Source of the DNA: a virus
Virus record (IMG/VR): IMGVR_UViG_3300000976_000009
Location: 141,151 to 205,150 of that record
Strand: one strand, 5' to 3'
Length of the DNA: 64,000 nucleotides
Within the stretch, counting starts at the first letter, position 1. The number at the start of each line of letters is the position of its first letter. The notes below the pieces were generated by a model that saw nothing but the letters and a program-made list of their open reading frames with translations, made no database searches and was not told where the DNA came from. This document shows, one piece after another, positions 17,620 to 28,525 of the stretch. The translations under genes and the position numbers were made by a program.

Positions 17620-18252
17620 ATGGAATTAAAAATTGACCAAATTGCTAAGGGGACTAGAATTATATCTGGTGAGCAAGCTAAAGAAAGGCGTATCTTATTA
17701 AACCAAATTATTGAATTGGTTGAGTTAGAAGGCTATAATGAAATTATTCTACCTTGTGTGGAAAAATCTGAGGTATACACAGATAAAGCTGGTCAAGAAA
17801 TCCTTGGTCAAATGTATACATTCCCAGACAAGGGTGGCAGAAGTCTATGCTTAAGACCAGAAGGTACCGCAACTGTTCAACTATTAGCTGATAAATACTA
17901 TCCTACACAGAAGGATGTTAAGTTGTGGTATTTTGAAAGGTGTTGGAGATATGAGAAACCACAAGCTGGTAGATACAGAGAATTCTTTCAATTCGGATGT
18001 GAATGGGTTAACCCAAGAGACCCAGAAAAAGCAAAACAAGAACAAATAGAACTATCTAAGAAATTAATTGGGTTGAAGACTACGGAATTTGAATTAAATG
18101 ATTCAGCTAAGCGTGGTCTTTCTTATTATGATGGGGATGGTTTTGAAATTTCAGTACCCACTCTTGGTGCTCAAAAACAAGTTATGGGTGGTGGTAAATA
18201 TAAACAAGGTATTGGTTTTGCAATTGGTTTTGATAGATTAATGCTTTGTTAA
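17620..18252 (+). CDS. hisS: histidyl-tRNA synthetase, catalytic core only
   Basis: LRPEGTA, RYEKPQAGRYREFFQFG, RGLSYY, GGG.Y, GFAIGFDRL. Confidence 0.85.
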   Translation: MELKIDQIAKGTRIISGEQAKERRILLNQIIELVELEGYNEIILPCVEKSEVYTDKAGQEILGQMYTFPDKGGRSLCLRPEGTATVQLLADKYYPTQKDVKLWYFERCWRYEKPQAGRYREFFQFGCEWVNPRDPEKAKQEQIELSKKLIGLKTTEFELNDSAKRGLSYYDGDGFEISVPTLGAQKQVMGGGKYKQGIGFAIGFDRLMLC

Positions 18253-18282
18253 TAGTTGTTGATATTTATATTAAAAAAAGCT

Positions 18283-18765
18283 ATGAAAAATTTATTAATA
18301 TATTTATCAATTGTGTTTTTTTCATTAAATTTATTTAGTCAAGAAACATTTAATCAACCAACTAACCCAGAAAAAAATGTTGGTTTATTCGGTGGACCAT
18401 ATCTTCAATTAAATACATTTAATTATTTAGAATTTGGATTATTAGGTGGTATTAATTTTAAAGATGTAGTAATGGTTGGACCTTATTATCAAAAAAGTAT
18501 ATTTAATGATGATTTTTATGGATTATATTCTCAAATAAATTTATGGCCTAAAGAATATTATTTCACAGTTGGTTTAGCCTGTAGAGTTGGGTTTGTTAAT
18601 AACAAATATCTAGGGTTTGAGCCAGCTATGACAATCCAACATAATAATATGAATGATAGATTTAAAATAATACATCAAATTGGTTTTTCTGGTGGACCAT
18701 TACCAAGTTATAATATTGGTATTTTATTTGGTAATTTTGGGATGAAATATTGGAAAAAACCTTAA
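18283..18765 (+). CDS. signal-peptide, outer-membrane beta-barrel-like protein
   Basis: N-terminal signal, alternating aromatic strands. Confidence 0.5.
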   Translation: MKNLLIYLSIVFFSLNLFSQETFNQPTNPEKNVGLFGGPYLQLNTFNYLEFGLLGGINFKDVVMVGPYYQKSIFNDDFYGLYSQINLWPKEYYFTVGLACRVGFVNNKYLGFEPAMTIQHNNMNDRFKIIHQIGFSGGPLPSYNIGILFGNFGMKYWKKP

Positions 18766-18766
18766 T

Positions 18767-19327
18767 ATGTGTAAATATAGTCTATTTTTGTTGATTATTT
18801 TAAGTTTATTTGGTTGTAATAAAGAAAAATTTACACCCTTTAAAAAATATATAATTAAGGAGGGTAAACATAGTTCATCTAATAAAATAAGGACACTAAA
18901 ATCAGATACAATATCTTTTGATGTAAAATTCACTGAAACAGCAATATATAAATCAGAAAAACCAAGTAATCAGTATGACATTAATAAGTTATTTGGTTTT
19001 TCTGATTGTAATCAACACCATCATGAAAATTCTGCAAGATTTGGTTGGCGTTGGTTAGATGAAAAAATAGAAATTTTTTCATATGTTTATAATAATGGTG
19101 TTAGGAGTTATACATTTATAAAATCAATATTACCGAATGAAATACATGAATATCAAATAATAATACTTGAAGATAATTATATTTTTTCGGTAGATAATTC
19201 CATAGTTATTGAGAAACGAACCAATAAATGTGATGTTGGTTTATATTATCTATTATACCCTTATTTTGGTGGTGATGAATCTGCCCCACACAAAATCATA
19301 ATTTTTATGAAAGAAAATATAACATAA
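18767..19327 (+). CDS. lipoprotein
   Basis: lipobox LFGC. Confidence 0.6.
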   Translation: MCKYSLFLLIILSLFGCNKEKFTPFKKYIIKEGKHSSSNKIRTLKSDTISFDVKFTETAIYKSEKPSNQYDINKLFGFSDCNQHHHENSARFGWRWLDEKIEIFSYVYNNGVRSYTFIKSILPNEIHEYQIIILEDNYIFSVDNSIVIEKRTNKCDVGLYYLLYPYFGGDESAPHKIIIFMKENIT

Positions 19328-19380
19328 ATATTTGGTTATTATTTAAATTATTTGTATTTTTAACAAAAATAAAGATAACT

Positions 19381-20022
19381 ATGAATAATTACGGTATTAA
19401 ACCACAGGTTATTACAAACATACCTATTGATTGTAAGGAAATGTTGTTCTATATGTATTTACCAATTAAAATGATTGGTAGTATGGAATTTAGACTACCA
19501 GAACAATTAAAAGTATTCCAACCATTAATTGATTTAGTTATTAAACATGAAGGTGAAAAGCTAAAAGATAAATTAGTTTATATTACGGCAAAACACATAT
19601 ATGCTAGTCCAGATAATGTTGGTAACAGACCAGGATACCATTCTGATGGATATGGTACAGATGATGTGAATTATATTTGGACCAATAAATTTCCTACAGT
19701 ATTTTGTATACAAAATTTTAATTTGAGTGAAGATTGTTCAACATCTTTAACACAAATGAAAGAACAAGCGTTGAAAACTAATGAAATTACATTTCCAGTA
19801 AACACATTATTGAGATTAGATGAACTAAATGTGCATAGAACACCAGATATTGAAGTTGGTGGTATGAGAACATTTGTTAAAATTTCAATTTCTACTGAAA
19901 AATATAATTTAGTCGGTAATTCACATAACTATTTATTTGATTATGATTGGAAAATGTTTGATAGGTGTGAGATTAGAAACCACCCAACATTGCTAGAGTC
20001 AGATTCAATAAAATATGAATAA
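19381..20022 (+). CDS. 2OG-Fe(II) oxygenase-like protein
   Basis: PGYHSD...VHR...RTF pattern. Confidence 0.55.
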   Translation: MNNYGIKPQVITNIPIDCKEMLFYMYLPIKMIGSMEFRLPEQLKVFQPLIDLVIKHEGEKLKDKLVYITAKHIYASPDNVGNRPGYHSDGYGTDDVNYIWTNKFPTVFCIQNFNLSEDCSTSLTQMKEQALKTNEITFPVNTLLRLDELNVHRTPDIEVGGMRTFVKISISTEKYNLVGNSHNYLFDYDWKMFDRCEIRNHPTLLESDSIKYE

Positions 20023-20074
20023 AACTTGTTTATTATATATTAATTACCTATCTTTGTAATCTTAAGAATATCTA

Positions 20075-20380
20075 ATGGATTATATACTACTTCGGAAACG
20101 AAAACCCTTAAATCAATTTATCAGTGAGAATAACTTACCGTTATTTGTGTGTTTTGAGGGTTCAGATAATTGTTTGAGATTAATCAAATCAAAAGTTGAC
20201 GGTAGGGCTATATATTATCGGGATGGTGGAGACTATCAAGTTGAAATCAAAATCAAAGAAGGTAAATTATATTCATGGTCACATATTGGGTCTATCAATA
20301 ATATTAGAATGATACCAGTTAGTAAAAATGAATGGAAAATTTCGAATGGAAGATATTCACCAGAAGATATTGAATTGTAA
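20075..20380 (+). CDS. hypothetical protein
   Basis: ORF after promoter. Confidence 0.55.
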   Translation: MDYILLRKRKPLNQFISENNLPLFVCFEGSDNCLRLIKSKVDGRAIYYRDGGDYQVEIKIKEGKLYSWSHIGSINNIRMIPVSKNEWKISNGRYSPEDIEL

Positions 20381-20390
20381 AAATAGGATT

Positions 20391-21299
20391 ATGAAGAATG
20401 CATTAGGAATAGAAGTTACAAGACCAAACGATGTTTTGGTAATTATGCGTGGAATACCAGGTGCTGGTAAGTCTACAGTAGCTAAAAGATTAGTCAAAGA
20501 AGGGGTGATTCACTCAACAGATGATTTAATTGAGGCTACTGGTGATTATTTAGGTTATTTTGCTGAAATTAAGGCAACCAATAACTGGGCAAAGCATGGT
20601 AGAATGCATTCTAAGAATTTCAAAAACGCATTGACTTCAATGACTGAGGGTGTTTCACCAGTTATTATTGATAACACAAATATTAAGGCTTCTGAGGCTA
20701 AAAAATATGTTATGGCTGCTTTAGAGTTAGGATATGCAAATGAAAACATTGAGTTTGTTGAAGTTGGTACTGCTGGTTTAACTGCTGAGGTATTAGCTAA
20801 TAGAAATACTCATGGTGTACCATTGGAAACTATTGAAAGAATGATTAAGTCAATGAATTCGGTTGGACCACTTACAGTTGAATCTGTAGTTAAGGCTAAA
20901 GATATGTACAAGAAAAAACCAAAACTATTTGCTTCCGTAATATTAGATGATTCTTCTAAAAGTAAACTAGTTACAGCATTGTCTCATTATATACCAAAAG
21001 GGTGGGAAATTATTACACACCATATGACAATTAATTTTGGTAATGGTCTTGGTAAAGATAGAATAGAAGATAAAGGTAAGGTTATTGGTTTGGTTGCAAC
21101 TGAAATTGGTGTTTCAGATATGGCAGTTGCAGTCAAAGTCCACGGATACCCAAGTGATAATGATATACCACATATAACAATTGCAGTAAATAGAGCTGGT
21201 GGTGGTAAACCTGTTATGTCAAATGAGATTACAAATTGGGAAAAAATGAACTCACATATTAATTTGAGTGGGGTTGTAACTGAGGAAAAATTAAACTAA
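20391..21299 (+). CDS. polynucleotide kinase-like P-loop fused to 2H phosphoesterase
   Basis: RGIPGAGKST, IIDNTN, RNTHGVP; HMTI and HITI motifs. Confidence 0.8.
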   Translation: MKNALGIEVTRPNDVLVIMRGIPGAGKSTVAKRLVKEGVIHSTDDLIEATGDYLGYFAEIKATNNWAKHGRMHSKNFKNALTSMTEGVSPVIIDNTNIKASEAKKYVMAALELGYANENIEFVEVGTAGLTAEVLANRNTHGVPLETIERMIKSMNSVGPLTVESVVKAKDMYKKKPKLFASVILDDSSKSKLVTALSHYIPKGWEIITHHMTINFGNGLGKDRIEDKGKVIGLVATEIGVSDMAVAVKVHGYPSDNDIPHITIAVNRAGGGKPVMSNEITNWEKMNSHINLSGVVTEEKLN

Positions 21300-21745
21300 T
21301 GGCAGAAGTAATTAAACCACCATTCAGAAAACTTTCAATATTCTTAGCTGGTTCCATTGAGATGGGGGTAGCTGAGGATTGGCAGTCTAAGATTGAAGAA
21401 GAGTTGATGGATTGTAATGTAACAGTATTTAACCCTAGAAGAGATAGTTGGGATAATTCATGGGAACAAACAATTCATAACCCAGAATTCAAAGAACAAG
21501 TTGAATGGGAATTAGACCATTTAGATAAATGTGATATTATCTTAATGTATTTTGATGAAAATACAAAGAGCCCGATTTCTTTATTGGAATTGGGTCTCTA
21601 TGCTTCATCTGGTAAAATGATTGTCTATTGTCCAGAAGGATTTTGGAGAAAAGGTAATGTGGATATCGTTGCGGGTAGATACGATATAAAACAAGTTCAG
21701 TCTTTAAATGAATTATTAACCGCAGTTAGAAATTTGGCAAAATGA
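21299..21745 (+). CDS. nucleoside 2-deoxyribosyltransferase-like protein
   Basis: FLAGSI, FNPRR, QVEWE, SPISLLELG. Confidence 0.8.
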   Translation: MAEVIKPPFRKLSIFLAGSIEMGVAEDWQSKIEEELMDCNVTVFNPRRDSWDNSWEQTIHNPEFKEQVEWELDHLDKCDIILMYFDENTKSPISLLELGLYASSGKMIVYCPEGFWRKGNVDIVAGRYDIKQVQSLNELLTAVRNLAK

Positions 21746-21901
21746 AATATTCAAATAAAAAAACTGGTGTCGTAGTTAATGTAATTGATTTAATGGCGGT
21801 TGGTATGGGTGACGAAATTGGTACAACATTTATCATATATAAATTTAATACTGATTTAGATTTCCATAGAGTTATGAATTCCAAAGAGTTTTTAAAAACA
21901 T

Positions 21902-22897
21902 ATGAAAAAATATAAAATGACTGAGTTACATGAAATAAGATTCACAAAATCAAGCGCACCATTTGGTTGGATGGGTAATATGTCTAGATGTAAGATATTC
22001 TTTGAAGAACAAGAATGGCAAAGTACAGAAGCATTATTCCAAGCACTTAGATTCCCAGAAGATTCCCCAATTCGAGAAGAAATAAGGTTGGCTAAAAATG
22101 GTTATGAAGCAAAACAAGTTGCTAAGCTTAATAGAACAAAGATGTCTGTTGTACCAACCTCAGAAGAAGATTTAGATAATATGAGACTTTGTATTGCCCT
22201 AAAGATAGAACAACATAAAGAACTTAGGGATATTTTAATTGGGTCTAAGGGTATACCAATATATGAAGATGTAACAAAGCGTGGTGAAGGTAATAGTAAT
22301 TTAATTTGGGGAGCAATAAAACAAGATGATGGAACTTGGAAGGGTGATAACATAATGGGTGAGCTTTGGGTAGAATTACGTGAAAAATTATTAATGCAAA
22401 ATTCAACAAAAATGGGATTTGATGAACCTAAAGTAGAAATTGAAACTGAACGTAGATTTTTATTGAAAAGTTTACCATCTCACGTTAGATGGGATGATAT
22501 TATTGAAATATCTCAAACTTATATTAGTGAAAAAAACGCTAATATAGTTGAGAGAGTTAGGAATAGTTTTAGTCTTAATTTAGAATTTGATATTTGGACC
22601 CACACAACTAAAGATAGATTAACAGACATGTCTGTTAATGAAGTGGAGAGAGAAATTGGTGTTGATGAATATAATAAATTCATTGATATGGGTAAACGTT
22701 CGATAAATAAGCGTAGAAATATTAAGAAAGTTGATAATCTTAAGTGGGAAATTGATGTTTTTAGTAATTTAGTTATTGCCGAAATTGAACTACCGAGTGA
22801 GGATTATAATTTAGTAATACCAGATTGGTTAAAACCACACATTATTATGGAAATAACTGGTATGCATCAATTTAGTAATTCAAATCTGGCTATATGA
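21902..22897 (+). CDS. NADAR domain fused to CYTH domain
   Basis: STEALFQA..WG..G.N.MG; EIETERRFL..WEID..IAEIE..SN. Confidence 0.8.
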   Translation: MKKYKMTELHEIRFTKSSAPFGWMGNMSRCKIFFEEQEWQSTEALFQALRFPEDSPIREEIRLAKNGYEAKQVAKLNRTKMSVVPTSEEDLDNMRLCIALKIEQHKELRDILIGSKGIPIYEDVTKRGEGNSNLIWGAIKQDDGTWKGDNIMGELWVELREKLLMQNSTKMGFDEPKVEIETERRFLLKSLPSHVRWDDIIEISQTYISEKNANIVERVRNSFSLNLEFDIWTHTTKDRLTDMSVNEVEREIGVDEYNKFIDMGKRSINKRRNIKKVDNLKWEIDVFSNLVIAEIELPSEDYNLVIPDWLKPHIIMEITGMHQFSNSNLAI

Positions 22898-24450
22898 ATT
22901 TTAGAGATAAACCAATATTGGGTATGATTCATTGTTCTGGTACGAACAAAGTAGTTGATGCTATTAAAGAAGTTAAAATCTTACAAGAAGAGGGTGTTGA
23001 TGGTGTGATTATTGAAAACTATCATGGTTCTATTTCAGACGTTAATGAGGTTTTGAAGGCAATTAGAAAAGATAGTAATATTAGTATAGAAATTGGTATT
23101 AATATTTTACCTAATGATTTCATAATAGCTTTTGCATTAGCTAGAGAATATGGTGCTAGTTTCATACAACTTGATTATGTTTCTGGTAATTATGAAAACA
23201 CAACACCATTTGATGTTGAATTATATCAACAAATTAGGGATGATAATAAGGATATTGTAGTACTTGGTGGTGTCCACCCTAAATATTATAAACCAATAAA
23301 AGGTAGTATTCTAGAAGATGATATCAATAATGGAATTAAATTGGTTGATGCAATAGTTGTAACTGGAGCTGGCACTGGTAAGGAAACACCATTAGATAAA
23401 ATTAAAAGTTTTAGAAAAATTCTTGGGGACTTCCCATTAATAATCGGTGCTGGTATTACCCCAAATAATGTTTATGAACAACTTTCATATGCTGATGGGG
23501 CTATAGTTGGTAGTTGTTTTAAAAAATATGGTAGAACTCAAAGTTTAATTAAAAGAGATTTAGTTGAGGAATTAATGTTTAAGGTTAATAAATTAATTAA
23601 TAAACCATGTAAATTTGACCATAATGGTGAATGTTTAATTTGTGATTGTTGGTCTATCAATTGTGCTTGGGATAGACTATATAAATGTGACTATAAATAC
23701 GAATCAAAAGAAGAATTGGAAGATATGTTTAACAATGAAAAAAAAATTAAATATGCTGTACAAGCAGTCATATTAAATGACAAAGGAGAAGTCCTAGCAG
23801 TAAGTAGAAAGGACAATCACAACGACTTTGGATTAGTTGGTGGAAAGGTTGACCTAGAAGACTTGAACCCAGAAGAAGCAATGGCTAGAGAGACATTTGA
23901 AGAAACAGGTCTTAGGATTAATACCGCAACTATGCAAGTAGTATTTCAAATGCATAAAGATGGGTATATGGGAATAACTTATTTGATTCGTCAATGGTCT
24001 GGTGAAATTAATACCAATGAACCACATATGGTTAAATGGGTGCCATTTGAAGTCGTTATGAATGGTTCATTTGGTAATTGGAATACGATGGTTCATAATT
24101 CTTTAACTAGTATGGGTATTGAACATAAACTTCACCCAGATGCCACTAGGAAATATGTTTTTGCATTAGAAGAAGATACAGATGAGGGTGACGGGACTTA
24201 TTTATTTTACGTATCCCCAATCTATGATGAAGATGGTAATGGTCAATGGGCTTATTATGATAGAGAAAATGACACAATGGAAGAAGAAATTAGTAATATT
24301 TTAGAAGGTGTCAAAACTAATGTTGATTTTTTAGATGAAGTTAGTATGAAATTATATGGTGGTGATTCAGAATACACTAAAGAAGAGGTTATTAAATTTC
24401 TTACTGATGCTGGTCTTTTTGAAGATAAATTCAAACCTTTTTTAAAATAA
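22894..24450 (+). CDS. BtpA/SgcQ TIM-barrel fused to Nudix hydrolase
   Basis: GMIH, IEN, VTG.GTG, DGAIVGS; GGKVD..EAMARETFEETG. Confidence 0.75.
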   Translation: MNFRDKPILGMIHCSGTNKVVDAIKEVKILQEEGVDGVIIENYHGSISDVNEVLKAIRKDSNISIEIGINILPNDFIIAFALAREYGASFIQLDYVSGNYENTTPFDVELYQQIRDDNKDIVVLGGVHPKYYKPIKGSILEDDINNGIKLVDAIVVTGAGTGKETPLDKIKSFRKILGDFPLIIGAGITPNNVYEQLSYADGAIVGSCFKKYGRTQSLIKRDLVEELMFKVNKLINKPCKFDHNGECLICDCWSINCAWDRLYKCDYKYESKEELEDMFNNEKKIKYAVQAVILNDKGEVLAVSRKDNHNDFGLVGGKVDLEDLNPEEAMARETFEETGLRINTATMQVVFQMHKDGYMGITYLIRQWSGEINTNEPHMVKWVPFEVVMNGSFGNWNTMVHNSLTSMGIEHKLHPDATRKYVFALEEDTDEGDGTYLFYVSPIYDEDGNGQWAYYDRENDTMEEEISNILEGVKTNVDFLDEVSMKLYGGDSEYTKEEVIKFLTDAGLFEDKFKPFLK

Positions 24451-24583
24451 CCATAAATAAATTTGGTTTAACCAAATTAAAAGCTTATATTTGTAGTGTT
24501 GAAAAAACTATATAGGGTTGCGACTAATGGAGGTTGTTGGTATTCCTCTTCAACGCAAGGTTTGATAAACCTAAATTATCATT

Positions 24584-24734
24584 GGTAGACTGTATACTAA
24601 AAAGCAATAAGTACCACCGCTTTAGGTGGGGATATGGGTTGGAGTCCCATCAGTCATACCATTCTTTTGTCGTCTAAATAGCAGTAGGACACCTCTTATT
24701 TGAGGAAATTTGGGTTGGAGTCCCAACGGAAGAA
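24584..24734 (+). ncRNA. two degenerate tRNA-like RNAs with 6-nt anticodon loops
   Basis: T arms TGGG TTGGAGT CCCA; loops GCTTTA and TTATTT. Confidence 0.5.
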
Positions 24735-24748
24735 CTAAAAAATCAAGA

Positions 24749-25156
24749 ATGAAAAATAGAGATAATTATACTGAATCAGAAGAAAATAACACACGTAGAC
24801 GTGAAGTTAGTTTAAGATTACTTAAAATGGGTAAAGCCTTAATGGATGAGGGTGCAGAAAATGATGATTTCTGTTTATTATCAGCTGGTAATCAATTAAT
24901 TCTATTATCTGGTTTAACGTTAAACCCTAAAGATATGGAAGAATTCTCAAACTTATCTGGAATGTTTTCGGCTAAGAGTATATTGGATGATATGATGAGT
25001 TCACCATTTGGTCTTATGGGTTCACCATTTGGTGGTTTATCAAGTACTGAACGTATTGAGAATTTGCTAAAAAATCTAGGTAATAAAGATGAAAATGATG
25101 ATAGTAAAGATTTCCCCTTTAACTTCCCATTTCCATTCGATAAACCAGAAGATTAA
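24749..25156 (+). CDS. hypothetical protein
   Basis: ORF; ATG after tRNA-like RNA. Confidence 0.6.
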   Translation: MKNRDNYTESEENNTRRREVSLRLLKMGKALMDEGAENDDFCLLSAGNQLILLSGLTLNPKDMEEFSNLSGMFSAKSILDDMMSSPFGLMGSPFGGLSSTERIENLLKNLGNKDENDDSKDFPFNFPFPFDKPED

Positions 25157-25161
25157 TAAAT

Positions 25162-25235
25162 GGACCCTTAGCTCAGCTGGATAGAGCACCTCCCTTCTAA
25201 GGAGGCGGTCCTAGGTTCGAATCCTAGAGGGTTCA
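25162..25235 (+). tRNA. tRNA-Arg (TCT)
   Basis: CCTCC CTTCTAA GGAGG. Confidence 0.93.
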
Positions 25236-25349
25236 CAGAAGCGAGAAGATTTTGATATTTGTTGGAAATGCTTCATAAAATAATTTACAAATATCAAAAG
25301 GTTAAGGTATAATACCTTAACCTTTTCTATATATTTATAAAAAAAGATT

Positions 25350-26267
25350 ATGAAAAGATATTTAACAATTATATTATTATTTGTTCAATTTATTAATTAT
25401 GGACAATTAAATAATGGGACAACATTAGTTGATTCAATTTCAACTAGTATACCACCAATTATTACAATAACTAAAGCTGGTTCATGTGGGTCACCAGATG
25501 GTCCAATGAATTCAACTATAATTACACCACCAGACTACCCTTGGTTACAAACTAATGGTTACTGTAATCCATTAATGTACGGTAATAATCCAACAGTTTG
25601 TTGGACTTTAACACCAACATCTACCTCAGTTTCTATTAATTCTGGATTTTCAACAGATTGCGATAGCTATACCTTTAGTAATTTTAACTTATATGATGCA
25701 ACATGTACTTTAATTGGGACTGGGTTAAATTATAGTGGTTTAACTATTGGTTCGACTTATACATGGTGTATGACAGCAAATAGTTGGAATTTTGATGGAA
25801 CACCATGTGATGGGTTTTTAGATTTTTGCCCATACTATTTTAATAATAGTGCATTACCAATAGAGTTAATAAGTTTTTTTGTAACTAATCAAGGTAGAAC
25901 TAATGACATCATTTGGATGAGTGCATCTGAAATTAATAATGATTATTATACATTAGAAAATAGTATTGATGGATATACATGGAATATTATAACAACAATT
26001 AGTGGTGCTGGAAATAGTAACTCACCACTGGTTTATAGTTATGAGGATAACAATTATACTGATACATTAAATTATTATCGTTTAACTCAGACAGATTATG
26101 ATGGTGTTTCTGAAATATTTGAAATTATTTCAATAGATAATAATGTTGATAAAACCAAATTAATTAAGACATTAAATCTAATGGGGCAAGAAGTTGATTC
26201 AAATGAAAAGGGATTTTTAATAGAGATTTATGATGATGGGACAACTAAAAAAATATTTAAAGAGTAA
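25350..26267 (+). CDS. secreted Bacteroidota-style protein
   Basis: signal peptide, LPIEL..W..ASE.NND..YYRL.Q.DYDG, C-terminal NLMGQEV. Confidence 0.7.
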   Translation: MKRYLTIILLFVQFINYGQLNNGTTLVDSISTSIPPIITITKAGSCGSPDGPMNSTIITPPDYPWLQTNGYCNPLMYGNNPTVCWTLTPTSTSVSINSGFSTDCDSYTFSNFNLYDATCTLIGTGLNYSGLTIGSTYTWCMTANSWNFDGTPCDGFLDFCPYYFNNSALPIELISFFVTNQGRTNDIIWMSASEINNDYYTLENSIDGYTWNIITTISGAGNSNSPLVYSYEDNNYTDTLNYYRLTQTDYDGVSEIFEIISIDNNVDKTKLIKTLNLMGQEVDSNEKGFLIEIYDDGTTKKIFKE

Positions 26268-26280
26268 TTTAAATTACATT

Positions 26281-26328
26281 AAAAAAGGGAAATTATTTTG
26301 GTAGTTTCCCTTTTTTTGTTTATATTTG
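26281..26328 (+). promoter_or_regulatory. terminator/promoter cassette (also 32773-32821, 37084-37132)
   Basis: GGGAAATTA TTTTGG TAGTTTCCC hairpin, U-tract, TATATTTG. Confidence 0.75.
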
Positions 26329-26347
26329 TAACCTAAATAGAGAAGAA

Positions 26348-27475
26348 ATGTTAAAAATAGTAGCTTACATAAAGAAGTATGGTCTTGAAAAGACATTAAA
26401 GGACTTTAATTTAAAATCTAGAGACTACCCAAACAAGGTTTTGATTAAGTATGACCAAATAGCATCGTCTATGGGGGAATCTATAGTACAAGAAGCTAGA
26501 GGTCTTATACTGGAAAAAGGAACATGGAAGGTTATGTCATTACCATTCTACAAGTTCTTCAATTCAGCTGAGGGTCATGCGGCAAAAATTGATTGGGATA
26601 CTGCACACGTACTTGAGAAGTGTGACGGTACTATGATACAATTATATTGGGACTGGAACAAGAACACTTGGTGGGCTGGTACTACAGGTACAGCTGAGGG
26701 TGAAGGTGAGGTAAACAACAAGTTGGGTACTACATTCAATGAATTGTTTTGGAAGACTGTTGCAGATAAGTATGGTCTTACACCAGACTCTAGATTCCTA
26801 GAGAAGACATTTGTATATGTGTTTGAGTTAACTACTCCATATAATATTGTTGTAAAGCCACACGGTGAGTCTTCTGTTACATTGCTTGCAATGAGAAACA
26901 GAAATACACTTGATGAATTACCATATAATATTTTAAGAATTAAAGCTGAGGAAATTATTAATGTACCATTAGTTAAGTCATTCGACTTGAACGAAGGTAA
27001 TGTTGGTAAGTTGTTGAGAACATTCGAAGACATGATGTGGTATGAAGAAGGTTATGTTGTTGTTGATGGGAATTTCAATAGAATTAAGATTAAGAACCCA
27101 GCATACGTTGCTGTGCACCACTTGAAGTCTAAGACTTCTGAGCATGCAATTATGGGTGTTGTTAAGACTAATGAGATTGATGAGTTTGCTGCTACTTTCC
27201 CAGATAGAAAAGAAGAGATTGAAGGTTTGAAAGATAATTATGATGCTCTTATTCTTAAATTGGAAAATGGTTGGAATATCTTGAAAGAGAAAAAACCAAA
27301 GAATATTACACCAAAGGAAAGTAAGAAGTTCGCTATGGCTGTTTTTGAAGTTACTAAGGAATTAGGGCTTGAGAAGTTCCACGGTATGTTCTTTGCACTT
27401 AAAGATGGGAAGGTAGATAATGTGAAGGAATTCATGTTCAATTACGATAACAAAACACTATACAGAATGCTATAA
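26348..27475 (+). CDS. RNA ligase, T4 Rnl1-like
   Basis: EARGLI, KFFN, EKCDGT, FELT, EGYVV, RIKIK. Confidence 0.85.
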   Translation: MLKIVAYIKKYGLEKTLKDFNLKSRDYPNKVLIKYDQIASSMGESIVQEARGLILEKGTWKVMSLPFYKFFNSAEGHAAKIDWDTAHVLEKCDGTMIQLYWDWNKNTWWAGTTGTAEGEGEVNNKLGTTFNELFWKTVADKYGLTPDSRFLEKTFVYVFELTTPYNIVVKPHGESSVTLLAMRNRNTLDELPYNILRIKAEEIINVPLVKSFDLNEGNVGKLLRTFEDMMWYEEGYVVVDGNFNRIKIKNPAYVAVHHLKSKTSEHAIMGVVKTNEIDEFAATFPDRKEEIEGLKDNYDALILKLENGWNILKEKKPKNITPKESKKFAMAVFEVTKELGLEKFHGMFFALKDGKVDNVKEFMFNYDNKTLYRML

Positions 27476-27717
27476 GGTTTTAACCTTATAGCATTTTAGT
27501 TCATAAGATTATGGAAGGGGATAAATATATTAAGGTGAGTATCGATACAGAACTCCCAATAGAAGATGGTAAGTATATCGTATTTACTAAGACTGGTGCT
27601 GGTAATCAGAATATATTCGCTACTAATTGTCATCTTAGACAAAAGAAAGGTAAAACAATTGCGACATGGGGTTGCACAAACCAAATTGTAACTCATTGGT
27701 TAAAAAAGATTAAGTAA

Positions 27718-28014
27718 ATGTTAGATTATATATTACAACACCCGTGGCTAGGGGCACTAGTTATATTAGTTGCTCAATTATCATTTATGTATTTGAGAAC
27801 CATTAACGTTATTTATACATCAGAAAGAAGAATGAAACCAACAATTATTAGTGGTTGGGGTCTAGATGTTTCTTGGTTGATTTCAATGTCGATTGGTCTT
27901 AGTTCTATTATGACAGGTGATTGGCAACCAATTGTTGCATTTTTAATTGGTGCCACTTTAGGTAGGTACTGGGGAATCAATCAAGAGAGAAAAAGACATG
28001 GCGACAAGAAATGA
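27718..28014 (+). CDS. small membrane protein
   Basis: three hydrophobic segments. Confidence 0.6.
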   Translation: MLDYILQHPWLGALVILVAQLSFMYLRTINVIYTSERRMKPTIISGWGLDVSWLISMSIGLSSIMTGDWQPIVAFLIGATLGRYWGINQERKRHGDKK

Positions 28015-28525
28015 AATAAAGAAAATTAATCGTAGAATAGATTTTTTAATGTCTAGCGGTTATGGAATACATTTTGCTGATTGGGAGAAATCGCATAAGG
28101 ATGCCTGTATAGCAGTAATTGTTTCTGGTGTAGCATGGAGGAATTGTTTAGATGCTCCTTTTGACCCAAGGGATTATAAAAAACAAGGCTATCTAAGGGC
28201 TAATATTCAGATAATGATTTTAGCTATGGAAATTAACTTGAGTGTTGATGACGTAGCCAAGCGTTGTGCTAAGCATAATATAGATAGAAAGGAAAGTAGG
28301 GATGCGATGAAAGGTTCCCCACAAAAAGAAGGTAGAGACAATAAAGGTGTCTACGTTGGTTCTGGTGGTGGTGGTAGTAATAGAGTTCGTTACCCTAAAT
28401 TGAATAGGTCTAAAAAGGTTTGGAAGATGTTTTATAAAATGTTCCCATATTATGCTGAACGTGATAATTGGGATGGTGAGAAGTCAGACAGATACCCAAG
28501 GAAAACTAAAAAGAAGAGGTCATGA
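27998..28525 (+). CDS. hypothetical basic protein
   Basis: ORF. Confidence 0.6.
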   Translation: MATRNEIKKINRRIDFLMSSGYGIHFADWEKSHKDACIAVIVSGVAWRNCLDAPFDPRDYKKQGYLRANIQIMILAMEINLSVDDVAKRCAKHNIDRKESRDAMKGSPQKEGRDNKGVYVGSGGGGSNRVRYPKLNRSKKVWKMFYKMFPYYAERDNWDGEKSDRYPRKTKKKRS

